NCBI RefSeq assembly: GCF_001194135.2
Contig: NC_068982.1
Span: forward strand, 52,757,235-52,821,234
Length of the DNA stretch: 64,000 bases
Source: Octopus bimaculoides
Lineage: Eukaryota
Reading direction: 5' to 3'
Shown here: positions 1 to 11,937 of the stretch, piece after piece
Layout of the letters: every line of letters begins with the position of its first letter
Position numbering within the stretch: the stretch's first letter is position 1
Translations under genes and position numbers: made by a program
The notes under the pieces: generated by a model
What the model was told of the DNA's origin: nothing
Databases searched by the model: none
Seen by the model: the letters and a program-made list of their open reading frames with translations, nothing else

Positions 1-2530
1 CATATCACCTGGCGATCTGAGCTTTCAAAAGGTATGTTAACCCTAAACCACTGCGGAACGAACCTATACAAGACGCAAATTCACCCTAGGCTGACTCAGA
101 TAGCTCAAAGTTATGAGGGCAATGATACTTACACTTCGAATTCTAGACTATGTCAAAACAAAAATGATAATGAACATTAGCTCAGAATACTACAATTTCC
201 AGCTCAACACCAAGCTGTTTTCGCTTTGTTCTTTATCGTTACAAGACTGATGTCAGCTCCTGAACTAGTAAATAATTACGTTACATCTACTTAAACTCAC
301 TCGGATCAATAATTTGTCTTTGGCTATTGTGTCTAACTTCCCAAAATTCTAACATTATTTTACTACACCTACCTAACTGAAAATCTTCCTATCTAAGAAT
401 CTGCCTCAATTTTTCTCCCTACCTATGAAAATTAGCGTAAATATTGATTATACTCAACTATTGAAAACTTCAGCCTGAGAGGGCCGGGTGAGGCCAAGAG
501 GTACAACCATTACTCTGCATAGTAAATTCACAAGCTTCAGGCAAATATATAAAATCTTTTCGAAGATTGTAGTAACTCTCATTGTTATCACAGCCAATCT
601 CTCTCAACTTTCAGTGATCGTTTATTTCATTTCTTGGTAGTCTATCATTTTGAGGAAATATAACGCAAGAGATGACTTGAATATGTTGATAAGCAATACA
701 GAAAATTCTTTAAGCTTTAGGCTGATAACGCTTTTGGGAATTTCTGCGAACGACTATTGTTTTGAATGTCACACGAATGAGATTCACCATGTATTTTAAT
801 GGTGTTTATTCTTGCCGGTTTTTTACGAGCTTCGTGCACAAAAACCAGTGGGATTGTTATTGTCTCTTTCCCTGTATACTATATACGCGCTATTTCTATT
901 TCAAGGTATTTATATTTAAATTATTGTGCTGTGCCAATTCAATGATTCATTGTTATCTGAATGGACAGCCATATCTCTAACAGTGATTATCTTAAAATAT
1001 CACATTGGACATATTTTACAATATTTTTTTCGGCTTTTACTGATATTAATAGTGATAAAGTTGCAGCAGGAGGAGTCATAGTTACAGCAGCTGCAGTAGC
1101 AGTGATAGGGTCGGTGCTGTTGTTATTGGTGGTGGTAGTGGTAGTGGTAGTGGTTATATATAAAAAGTGTCGAAGATGATGAATGCTATTGCTTATTACT
1201 GTGTATTTAAAGAGCCATCTCTACCTAGCTTATTACTAACACTGCTAATGCATTATGTCTTATCACTCTGTCCGTAGCATATTTAACTTTCTCATGTTTG
1301 CTAATTTCATACCTCTTAATAACTGTTTACTGACTTTATTTACTCTCTTCGTAGATGTACTGCTGCCTTCACCGTAATGTCGTGCCCTTGGGAGCATTTG
1401 TTTTGTTGCAATTGTTGTTGATGATGATGTTGATGTTGGTTGTAACAATGATGCTATTGTGATTGTGTTTATGTTGGTGGCAGTGATGACGGTGATAGTA
1501 ATGGTGATGGTGGTGGTGGTGGTGGTAGTGGTCGGAATAAGAGTGTTTTTATTTGTTTATTGTATGGTTATCATGCGGTCTTTAAGTTATGACATTTTCG
1601 CGCTTGATAACGTCTAAACTAATTCGATTAAAACCTCTACATTTTTCATGTTGTATCCTAACTTCCCCACCAACTCTGTGTACTGAAAGTATCTTTTTAA
1701 ACATTATTACTATGGGCCTTTCTAACCAATTGTATTATAATTAGTAATGAAGTGATTAAAAAGATAATTCTGAATCGAAGTTGTGTGAGAACATTATCGA
1801 TCCAGGTTTCAGGTGATCCAATAGTTTTCTATACATATACAAACTGGTATTAGTTCTTCTAAAATATCACCTTCAATTTGACATTCATTTTTGAAGTTGA
1901 CATTTATATAAATTCAGTGTGATATTTCCTATAAGTTGTTGACGTCATAACACTCGCAGCCAACTTTTCTTAAATACAGAGATTGAAGCACATCTTCAAC
2001 CGTTGTGTAGCATTAAAGTTTTCATGTGGAAAGGTTTTATTTAAGATTATCAGCTCAGTTTCAACATAGACGTTATCGATAACTGGAATTCTGGCGCTCT
2101 AATTGCCCTTACTTGGCACTAAACTTTGCACCAAATTTTATATATAAGTGTTTCCTTTAAAAGAAACTTTATATGGAGCATTCTGTGAAATCATTTAGAA
2201 TTTCCATATTGCATAAATGTAGTAAATTGTGCTTTACATTTTAATAGACACAATTGTCCTATACTTTATAGGAGGTGGGAAAACCAAGCGTGGTATTCAT
2301 TCTTATCTCAGAGAAAATAAAATACGATATGAATCGTAGTAAACATTTAGCTCAACGTTAGGGATGAAATTGAAATATGCATAAGTTTGCTTTAATAAAT
2401 TCTCCATATTGTGGTTGTAGTGGAGTTAGCTCAAATAGTTTAGAGATTCATGCTACCTCAGTGTCAGCATAATGTAAATATTTACATTATAATATTAATG
2501 TTAGACTATTGCTACAATAAGTGGTTTAAA

Positions 2531-2746
2531 GGTGGTAAGCTGGCAGAATCGTTAGCACGCCAGGCAGATTGCTTAGCAGTACTTCGTTCGTCTTTACGTT
2601 CTGAGCTGAAATGCTGCCGAAGTCAACTTTGCCTTTCATCCTTTCGGAGTCGACAAAATAAGTACCAGTTGAACACTGGGGTCGATGTAATCAATTTACT
2701 CCTTCCTCCGAAATTGCTGACCTTGTGCCAAAATTTGAAACCAATA
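2531..2746 (+). mobile_element. tRNA-derived SINE, family A, near full length
   Basis: A-box-like AGCTGGCAGAATCG, B-box-like region, central gcctttcatcctttcggagtcgacaaaataagtaccag (resembles the Deu/Nin SINE domain), tail gtgccaaaatttgaaacc; homologous copies elsewhere in the window. Confidence 0.85.
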
Positions 2747-4429
2747 TGAGTGGCTTAATCCATTCCGTTTAATTTTGTAATGAGAATAGGCTATAGTTGA
2801 TTGAATTGACTCTGTTGTACGACCTTCAGTAAATTAATTGTTATATGAACAATAAATGTACTTATTTGAACTCAAAATACAGAATGATCCGAACTAAGCA
2901 TTGTATGACATTTAGCCTGATGATATTCTTTCTTTATTTCCCTCCTTTCTTAATTACTGCCACAAGTATTGCTACTTTTATTAGTTATGATAGTCTTTCC
3001 TTCAAATCCATTCTTTGAACCTAGTTTGTCACTTGCATCTTTTTTATACATAATCACGGCTGACTCTTCTTTTGATGATATCCTTGACATGCGTCTGTCA
3101 GTATCCTCGCCCTTAGAAGGTCTTCTTTAATCTGTCAGTAAATAGATTGCTTTGGATATTGTAGGAATTCTTTGCCTGTTAAGAAAAGTTGTAATCTTTT
3201 ACAGCTAGATGGTTATAATACCAACTATGGAAAGAAATGTATTCGAGTCCTTTAATTATTTTCTTGATTGTAATTTTTGTTGCTGTCTTTTAAATATAAA
3301 CGACTGCGAATCTTTTATTAATATCACAACATACATACATACGTATANNNNNNNNNNTGAATCTGCGTAACATAATGCAATAAAATGTCTTGAGGATCAG
3401 TTAGGGTTCAACATCTACTATAGAGGTTGCGAATAACTACACTGGTGAAACGTGCGTAGTGAACAAATGATATAGACTCGTGTTTATTGTAACTTCTCAT
3501 TTACATACATACGAAATATATAAATACACACACACACACACACACACATTGACGTAAACATGTTTGTATGCGTGCATGTGTGCATGCATATATTTATAAC
3601 TAAAAACAAAGTTAAAACATCGTCAAGCTATTAGTCATTTTTTTTACAAAATAGATCTCTCTCACTGTTTGCGATCATGGTTTGCTAGTATGTTGGTTAT
3701 GGAGATATCATTTCCTTACCAGTATCATAACCATTGGCGGGATACACTCTCTTGACTCTGCATCCGGAAACTAAAGATATTATCAACTCGGATATCATGA
3801 TACATCAGTTTATTAATCTGCAATGTTACTCTGTCATTCCTTTCATTAATTTGCAATTCTAAACGGAGGGATTAACGATATGTCAAAAGTTTAATAACTA
3901 CTGCTGGGGTGAATTAAAATATTAATAGTATTTTACAAGACAGAATTCATGCTTCATAATGGAGAGTATTGAACTGACTACTGTGGAAGTTATTCATCGA
4001 AATGCAACGTCGATACTAACGTAGTTTGAAGCTAAAAATATGAAATATTTTACCATATGCCCGACAAAACCTTGTGCGACAAATTCAGTCGAAGTGATTG
4101 TAATATTAGCAGTATCTAAGCTGGATGTTTTGAAAACCTAAACTAATAAATATATCAATAATTTTACATTTTTGCAAGGAAATCTAATCAAATGTCAAAA
4201 TTAGTTTATTCATGGAATAATTTTATTTCTTTGCCGTCTTCTACTACACCTCGGACTTTACTTGGACAGAGTCCTAGTAGCACCCGAGTTTCTTTCAGTG
4301 TGAAGAGGTTGCCAGACTTTTGCTCATCCTTTCACCATTTCTGTAGAAAGAGAGAGATCGGTCTTTCACGGCCCTTCCTATAGCGCGACGTAGTCCATCG
4401 AAAGAGAGCGAGAAGGTAACAAATAGAAG

Positions 4430-4565
4430 TATGGATCCCAGTATTTGACTGATACTTTGTTTATCGACCCTCGAAATAAATAAAAAGGAAAATCAACCGA
4501 GGTAATATCTGAAATCATCGCCTGAGTCTGAACTCAGGAAAAATTCCCCAAGGAATTCTATTTGA
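4430..4565 (-). mobile_element. Degraded SINE family A fragment
   Basis: cccagtatttgactgatactttgtttatcgaccc...tgaactcag is a diverged reverse complement of the family A core. Confidence 0.5.
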
Positions 4566-4680
4566 TGCTCTGAAGACTCTATTATTTATGGATCAGCAAA
4601 TTGCCGAGGGGTGAGAGGAAGGGGCTGCTGAGGGGAAGGCCATACTGCTGCTAAAATCTATGACGTACATACATACAAGC

Positions 4681-4694
4681 ACACACACACATGC

Positions 4695-4789
<95 letters not shown>
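4681..4789. repeat. (CA)n microsatellite
   Basis: Direct reading; source of several spurious THTH/VCVC ORFs. Confidence 0.98.
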
Positions 4790-4790
<1 letters not shown>

Positions 4791-4878
4791 GGACACAAAC
4801 GTATGTGCACATGAGGATACACACCTTAGAAACACAGAATGGAGTAAGTGGAGCAAGAACACACACAAAAACAAAACG

Positions 4879-4923
4879 TGTCGCTGAAGAAGTCACAGAT
4901 GTGTGACGAAAGATTTCCGGACA
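4879..4923 (+). ncRNA. Minimal type I hammerhead ribozyme motif (Penelope-type)
   Basis: tgtcg-CTGAAGA-a-GTCACA gatg TGTGAC-GAAA-gatttc-cggaca: intact core, perfect 6-bp stem II with tetraloop, self-complementary stem III (AGAUUU, dimer type), UUC cleavage triplet, stem I with one bulge. Confidence 0.7.
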
Positions 4924-5284
4924 ATGGACATGAGTTAAGATAATGAAATAAGAACAATAATAAACGAATGAAGAAAAAATATACAGTGCGTGTGTTTATT
5001 TGGCAAAAAAAAAATGACCGTTCTGAAATACAACAATATCGATTTCAACACACGATTTCACATCAGGAATCATGCAACGCATTGTTAACCGTAAAAATAT
5101 TGTCATTTTACAGAAAAGGAAATTTTTATTTCATCTACATACTATTATTTTTTTACACTATTTTCCACTAATTTGTTTCATTACGTTAATATGTAATATA
5201 CTTTAATATGTAATATTTTCACAAATATTTTATGTAGGTTAATAAAATACACATTAGTAAATTTGTGGAGGAAATTTGTTGATG

Positions 5285-5480
5285 TTGGTGGCTTAGTGGT
5301 TAGAAGTGTTGCATTCATGATGGTAAGATTGTGTTTTTGATTCCTGGGCCAGGTGATGGGTTGTGCTCTTGAGTGGTATTCCAGCCAAATCAGCTGGCAG
5401 AAATGTGTACACCTACAACGTACTGGCGTCCTTTGGAGGGGTGGATATGTAAGCCACAATCTAAGCAACCAGCTTTCTGA
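5285..5480 (+). mobile_element. Degraded tRNA-derived SINE, family C head
   Basis: ggtggcttagtggttagaagtgttgcattcatgatggtaagattgtgtttttgattcctgg has A-box (TGGCTTAGTGG) and B-box-like spacing of a tRNA head. Confidence 0.55.
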
Positions 5481-5700
5481 TCCTATGACTTGGGAAGAAC
5501 CTTTGAAAATTAATCTACTATATTCTGCATATATATAAATTCGATACCTGTTTCTTTATAATCAGGTACTGTTTGCGTTCATTTATATCTTTCCCTTTTA
5601 TGTACTCGCTATTACGAAATTTCTAAAGACAATACCTCAATTATTTTCTCTGGTTTTGAGTTAGATTTTATTATCTTATTCAAAGGAATATAACCTATGG

Positions 5701-5956
5701 TGTCCGGGTGCGCGAGTTGTCAATTCTATAGCATAGCGGACAACCAATCAGAAAGTTAGTGTTTTGCTTCTTGTATTGCATAAGTCGAAGAACTTACATA
5801 GCAAACAACAGAATTCGCCTAGTTCTTATCCAGTGTAGCAGTGTGATACATTTAGTTGCAATAAACATACGCAGTAATGTAAAATCGACACATATTTCGG
5901 TGGCTCACTGTGCTGATTTCAATCCCTCCCTTACTCAAGAAACGTCACGCGTGACA
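5701..5956 (+). mobile_element. Candidate short solo LTR
   Basis: TGTC...GACA ends, internal CCAAT (aaccaatcag) and AATAAA; no target-site duplication found. Confidence 0.3.
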
Positions 5957-6000
5957 GAACAGTCTTATCTAGTGAATATATATATATATATATATATATT

Positions 6001-6362
6001 CCACAGGGAACTGTTCTGGGGCCACTACTGTNNNNNNNNNNNNNNNNNNNNNNNNNNNNNNNNNNNNNNNNNNNNNNNNNNNNNNNNNNNNNNNNNACAT
6101 GCAAGACATGGATGCGGAGGTCTTCAAGACAAAACTTGACGCTTTCCTCTCCACGATACTAGACGAACCAATGGCTCGTAATGAGACGCAGCTTAGGGCA
6201 GCTGTGTCAAATTCTCTTATACACCAGATGTGCCATCAAAACTCTTGATTGGACCATGTCAGGTGGGGGAGAAGAGCCATGCAAGGAACGTCAAAATCAC
6301 GGTGGTGCACCAGCATGACCGCAGCCACTTGGCTAAAACACATAAATAAATAAATAAATAAA
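6001..6362 (+). mobile_element. 5'-truncated CR1/L2/Jockey-group LINE spanning an N gap
   Basis: 6001-6031 encodes RT motif PQGTVLGPLL; after the gap MQDMDAEVFKTKLDAFLSTILDEP...RAAVSNSLIHQMCHQNS* (stop 6246-6248), 3' UTR and (TAAA)n tail. The 65-N gap must be undersized. Confidence 0.85.
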
Positions 6363-6849
6363 TATATATATATGTATGTATGTATGTATATGTATGTATG
6401 TATGTATATGTGTCACTCGCTTTAAGTTATAGATATCGGGAGCAAGCAATGATCTTTAAAATTCATGAGATTCGGAAGATGAAGTAAGCTTTTAAATTAA
6501 TGCTCATGAATGGTCCGATAATTTCGACTTATTTTTACGTTAGTTTTTACATCTGCAATTTCTACTCTTTTTCCATATCGATTTATCCTTTAATTCTTAT
6601 AAATAACTATAAATACTTCATGTAATGTTTTTTTCTTTTTAAATAGGCATTTTATTAGCAAGCTATATTTTAGCATACTGAATGCCTTTAAGATGTTTAG
6701 TGCGTTGGGTTTCTAGCTTTTCCTTGCATTTTAGTTTGGTCCGGTGAAATGACTAATTGGTTTCTAGCATTACTACAAGAACACAAATGTTAGTAAAAGT
6801 ACATTCCATGAAATTCAACCACATTATTTTGACTGTTTATGTTTTAATG

Positions 6850-6960
6850 GTCCCAGCGGTATCAAAGCCAAAGTCGACCACGGCAGGAATTGAAACCAGA
6901 ATGCAACAGATGTATAGAAATATTGCAAGACATTTAACCTGTCATTAACCCATCACTCTC
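6850..6960 (-). mobile_element. SINE family A 5' fragment, degraded
   Basis: aaagccaaagtcgaccacggcaggaattgaaaccagaa is the reverse complement of the family A B-box region. Confidence 0.55.
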
Positions 6961-7389
6961 TACTTAAACATGAATAATAATTTATTTTAATGAGGCACAA
7001 ATAAGATCAGTCCATTAAGTCTTTTGCAGTATATTAGATATACAGTAGTGTATTAGAGGATAAAGATACAATGGAATTCAGTAAATTTTCTAGAGAGTGA
7101 AATACCATAATTATTCTTGTCTGTTTTCCTACTAACATATCAACATTTGAGTTGAGAAGATTGATTTAACTTCTTTAAAATCTCTTGTCAACTCAAATAT
7201 TAACATATTTGTTACTAATATTCGTTGATTTATTATTATTACATAAATAATTGTTGTTCTTGATGTTATGGTTCAATCCAGTTTAGCCCTGATCGAGCAA
7301 AATTACTATAGATGCTCTGTTCTAATTACCATTGTTTTCCATTTTGGCCAATAAACAATTTTCGCTCTAGCCACCAGACTGAGAAGAAA

Positions 7390-8640
7390 CTGAATGCATG
7401 TTTGTAGAGTCGCCCATCGGTCCGCTTACATCTTGAATAAGACCAGTTGAGAGCTCTGATAACTTGCAGAGGTTATCCTGATTCAGTAATGCTCATAATA
7501 ACACGACCAGATCAAGGATTTTTAGGTGTCATGATCCTTGGCCTGAAGTTCTCCAAAATGGAACTTTAGTCGATCCTTATCTCTTTCAGAGATCTTTATC
7601 GTACTTGATCACCACCAAGCCTGTGTAGAAGTTCAAGGATTGATATTCCACTGTTCGTGTTGGTAGAGGCACTCTGAGTGCCTGATAACATTTTGTATGG
7701 AAGATGTATACTCTTGGTATACGTCTGAATCAAGGCTGCGACTTAAAGAGACTTATTTAAAGAGACGATTATGGTTAAACAGATGAGACAAACAGATCAG
7801 TCAGGTTATATCAGACTATGCAAGTTACACCATACAGAGAGTATTATCAGCTGATTGACATTCAGATTATTGGAATGTACTTTTTACACAAGAAATAAAA
7901 GTTAAGATACTCCATTCTAGTTGGATGAAAAAGCAGGGCAAGAAGCGAATCACAGGTGGTAACCAATCACAGAGGCGGTGTATGCGGAAACCACTTCTAT
8001 TCGAATATTGAGAAGTAACTTCCTTTCAGTTAATTTCCTAGTTTTGTCTGAAAGTCTGACTGGCATCATTCCCAAATATCTTAAGATGATCATCAGTTCA
8101 GTGACTCACAACGTTATTTGACGTTGACTTGTCTTTCTAGTTTGTATTCCGTCAATATGATACCGACCACTTCAATTTCCAATGTACCAGGTGCCACCAT
8201 GAAGGTAGCATCGTTCACGTATGCCTACACGGTCTTTCCGTCTTCCCATTTTAAGTGGGATGCTGCTCTTTGCCTGAAGTTTCCGCTGTGATGGCTTAAC
8301 AGACAAAATCTATAGGAGCTATGAGATATGATAATCTTGACCGACCAAGCGGACAATTCGAAATAATTCGCAACGTTAGTTATTTAGTTTGACCGCCAGT
8401 CAGACACCCCGCTCTATTGAAGTAATATGAACTCTGAAAACGGGTCTGAAACCAGTTGCGCAAAAAACGCCTGCTAAGTAACGACAGTCGATCTTATCGA
8501 AGGTTTGAGAGTGATCTAAGTTGATCAGAACTTTAGTGAAACCGGACATATTACACATCGTCTCAAATACTTTGAAGATATCTTTAATCCTAGACAACCG
8601 AACAGCCCAACTTTCTTTGTTTCCCAAAGCTCCTCCGTAG
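7390..8640 (-). mobile_element. Decayed L1/Tx1-clade LINE ORF2 (RT) fragment
   Basis: LINLDHSQTFDKIDCRYLAGVFCATGFRPVFR matches the Tx1-type LDQxKAFDRVDHxYL...GFGPVF motif; downstream AYVND (degenerate YADD) then LEIEVVGIIL; multiple stops and frameshifts. Confidence 0.7.
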
Positions 8641-9339
8641 TAAAGATAGAAAATGACTGTAGACATTTGTCGTGATTCTCACCGAAATCTTATCTCTCTC
8701 TCTCTCTGTACACACACACACGTGCACACACACACACACACAACATACATACACTCACACGCACACAAACATACTCACACTAACACACACACGCACATAC
8801 ACACGCGCACACACGCACACACACAAGCATACTGCTATATTTAGAGAGCGCTTGCAGACAGTTCATCTCCGATAAATTCATCGTCAGGTCAATCCTTTGG
8901 CAGTATTTGAATCAGAATGCCACTAGATTATCAAATGCTACTTGAAAAGATATTAAACTGATGTACAGAAATTCAAAATGTCTGCTTTTCTTGGTATTGA
9001 GATGTTGGAAATAACGAATATTGAACTGTAGTCTCGAAAAGAAAAAAAAGCCAATGAAAGTATTAAAACAAAATATTTACTTTTACAAAATTTCTTATTT
9101 TTATTTATTTTTTCAGTTTCATTCGTTTATTTTACTGAACACATCAAAACAAAGAAAAATGATACATATAGCTTATAGATGTTTATATAAATATTAGACT
9201 AAAAAATATAAAACCATTCATTAAAATATTTTAATATCTGTCAAGAATACACCTCCACAGAAATATCAACTAAAAACTAAATTGAATAAAAAAATACTAA
9301 AATATTAAAATATCAGTTCTTAAGCAATTATTGTAATTA

Positions 9340-9354
9340 TTATTGTTGTTGTTG

Positions 9355-9438
<84 letters not shown>
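9340..9438. repeat. (GTT)n/(ATT)n microsatellite
   Basis: Direct reading; flanks the 3' end of the Dong-like element. Confidence 0.97.
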
Positions 9439-9442
<4 letters not shown>

Positions 9443-10357
9443 ATACAGTATGACTGAAAGCATGGGGAGGGGAGGTATTGAAATATCTTGTAACACAACG
9501 CAGACATTTAAATGGATAGGGTTTTTCTAAGGATGTGGGCAGTACTTGTCTGCACAGTGTTTTGGATTTCTCTGAGACATAGTTCTCCTGGGATCTTACA
9601 TAAATGTTTCTGGCATCCCATTTTTATCATACCTAGGGCACCTACAATAGCAGGAACAGTTCTCGTTTTACGATACCACATCTTTTGTATTTCAATTTCC
9701 AGGTCCTTATTTTTACTTACTCTGTCAAATTCATTGACAAATATCTTTTTATCAGTGGAAACACTTCCATCTATTAGTGTACAAGTCTTTTGTTTCTCTA
9801 TCAGGATAGTGAAATTTTTACCTTAAATGACTGGATCAGGATGATGGTCATATCAGTAAGTGTCAGTGCTGATTTTGTACTGTTTACATATTTCCCAATG
9901 TACATACTGTCCTGCCCTATCGTGTCGATTTTTATATTTGTTTGGTGTCAGTGTAGGACATCCCGAGACGACATAGTTTATTGTTTCATCAAATGTGTCG
10001 CAGAATCTACATTTAGGGTCAGAACCGTTCTAAAGAACGTTAACCTGGTAGTTTTTTTGTGAGCAAGCTTTGGTTTTGTGCCGCCAATATGGAACCTTCA
10101 GTCTCTGCTTTCAGTCCTGAACTTCTCAGCCACTGATGGGTTGTTGATTGATTTACATCCGCATTTTGACTTTGAAGTATATACTGTTTATGCAGAGGCC
10201 TCTGGCTCCATCTGCTCGTTCTTTTTTGCAGCCTGCTTGCTCCATTTTGCTTGTTTTGTAGCAGTGGTTTCAGGTTCTACAAATATTATTTCAGGATTAA
10301 TGTCAAGTTGCCTTACGAATTTGCAAGCTTGCTTGACAATCGAAAGTGACCTTTTGC

Positions 10358-10358
<1 letters not shown>
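9439..10358 (-). mobile_element. 5'-truncated R4/Dong-clade non-LTR retrotransposon (zinc knuckle + RLE), decayed
   Basis: Minus strand: HQWLRSSGLKAETEGSILAAQNQSL...DPKCRFCDTFDETINYVVSGC...KNRHDRAGQYVHWEICK...KDLEIEIQKMW...VPAIVGALG...TAHILRKTLSI* (stop 9508-9510); the PD segment of the RLE is deleted; flanked by (TAA)n on both sides. Confidence 0.9.
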
Positions 10359-10393
<35 letters not shown>

Positions 10394-10693
10394 TTATGTT
10401 TGACTTTTGTTTTGCATTTGTACAAGTTGGATCCAAGTCTCACCCAGAGACCTCAAGAGACAACAAGTTAGAAGTTCATGTAGGTGTTATGCCTAGGGTA
10501 CCATATATTTGGATTTGTACAGTTTTGTTCAAGTGAATGTTTAAGAAACCATAAGAAAATTATGTTTGCTTTAAAATTTGAGATCACATAGACAGTATTT
10601 TACGTAGGATATGGGCAGTTCCCATGAGCACTATCTTTTGGACTTCAGCCATTTTGGGGTTTCCTGGTATCTGAGCTAGGTAGTAATCAGCCC

Positions 10694-10694
<1 letters not shown>
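10394..10694 (-). mobile_element. Second, short 3'-end fragment of a Dong-like element with its 3' UTR
   Basis: Minus strand AQIPGNPKMAEVQKIVLMGTAHILRKILSM* (stop 10584-10586) plus about 190 nt UTR; (TAA)n tracts at 10359-10393 and 10695-10736. Confidence 0.85.
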
Positions 10695-10738
<44 letters not shown>

Positions 10739-11119
10739 AATAATAATAATAATATTTTTTTGTTTTCAAAATTGTAAATACTTATCGCAGTTTAAATGAT
10801 TTTCTTTATATCTGAACATATTTTTCTTCTTTTTGATTGTTTTATTTTCCTTGAAGAAATTTGTGATGTTTAGTCATGATCAACATATCTTATTTTCCGG
10901 CATACAAGCCAATGTAGTATATATTTAGTGTAGATATTTAAATATTACCATGCCACATTTCACATAGGATTTTTTAGTGTTCTAAATTCGTCTTGGTATA
11001 TAAGTCGACGTATTTTCTTTGCAAATTTTAGTATGAGAAATTTCACTTCTTTTTTCGTAACGGAGTAAAATGATTTTCAGCATAGTAGTTATTCTACTTA
11101 TCTGTTCTGTCTATCTTCT

Positions 11120-11310
11120 ACGCATTTTAGTCATTGGACTGCAGCCATACTGGGGAACATCCTTGAAGGATTTAGTCTTATGTTTCGATCTCATCTGTTA
11201 TTTTTTTAAACGCCTACTGCTTATTCTGTTATCACTTTTGCAGAACCACTAAGTTACGGGGAACATAACAAACCAACACCAATTATCAAGCGGTGTGATA
11301 CAAACACACG
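11120..11310 (-). mobile_element. SINE family B 3' half, degraded
   Basis: tagtcattggactgcagccatactgg...gaaccactaagttacgggga...caagcggtg matches the copy at 11938-12325. Confidence 0.7.
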
Positions 11311-11316
11311 CACACA

Positions 11317-11317
<1 letters not shown>

Positions 11318-11400
<83 letters not shown>

Positions 11401-11425
11401 CCTACCTACTTACCTACCTACCTAC

Positions 11426-11470
<45 letters not shown>
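11318..11470. repeat. (TATC)n/(TACC)n tetranucleotide microsatellite
   Basis: Direct reading. Confidence 0.97.
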
Positions 11471-11471
<1 letters not shown>

Positions 11472-11937
11472 GTTTGTCTGTCTGTCTGTCCGTCTGTCTG
11501 ACTGACTGCCTGTCTGTCTATTCGGTTATGTAATTCCTACTAAATGTCTTTAGTGCTTTTCTTTTTATGTGTGTGTGTGAGCTTGTGTGTGTGTATGTGT
11601 GTACTCGTGGAAAACTCACAAAACACGGTCACATTGACCACTGGGTCAAGTGCTCTCTCCCCACCATTCACCCTCAATTTCATCCACCTTTCAGCAAGTT
11701 TACAGGAAGGCAGCACTTATTTCTCCACCTTCACTTTCCATGTCAAGGGAAATATGAAAAATTTGAGGAAACCTCGGCCAAAGTAGGAAGTGTATCTTCA
11801 ATCATTTCAGTCAGGTACACTATACAACCTCATTCACAAAAGCTACCAGGAAGATAAACACTGCCAATCTTTCCCGGCTGCATCTTAGGCCTCCAACGGT
11901 CAGAGCTTACTCTACATTTACATTTGTATGTGCAGGT

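Noticed and set aside
130-330. Possible LINE 3' end (ALFFIVTRLMSAPELV, resembling SFFxRTxxLWNxLP)
   Set aside because: Too degenerate; no other motif supports it.
961-1520. ORFs with poly-Val/Ala hydrophobic stretches that look like a transmembrane exon
   Set aside because: They derive from degenerate (GTG/GTA/GAT)n repeats; no splice or domain support.
3430-3460. actacactggtgaaacgtgcgtagt, resembling a hammerhead with stem II deleted
   Set aside because: Core incomplete (CTGGTGA overlapping GAAAC); cannot fold as a ribozyme.
6097-6362. Idea that this and 43049-43322 form a segmental duplication
   Set aside because: Similarity is limited to the LINE 3' end, with scattered substitutions and different flanks: independent insertions.
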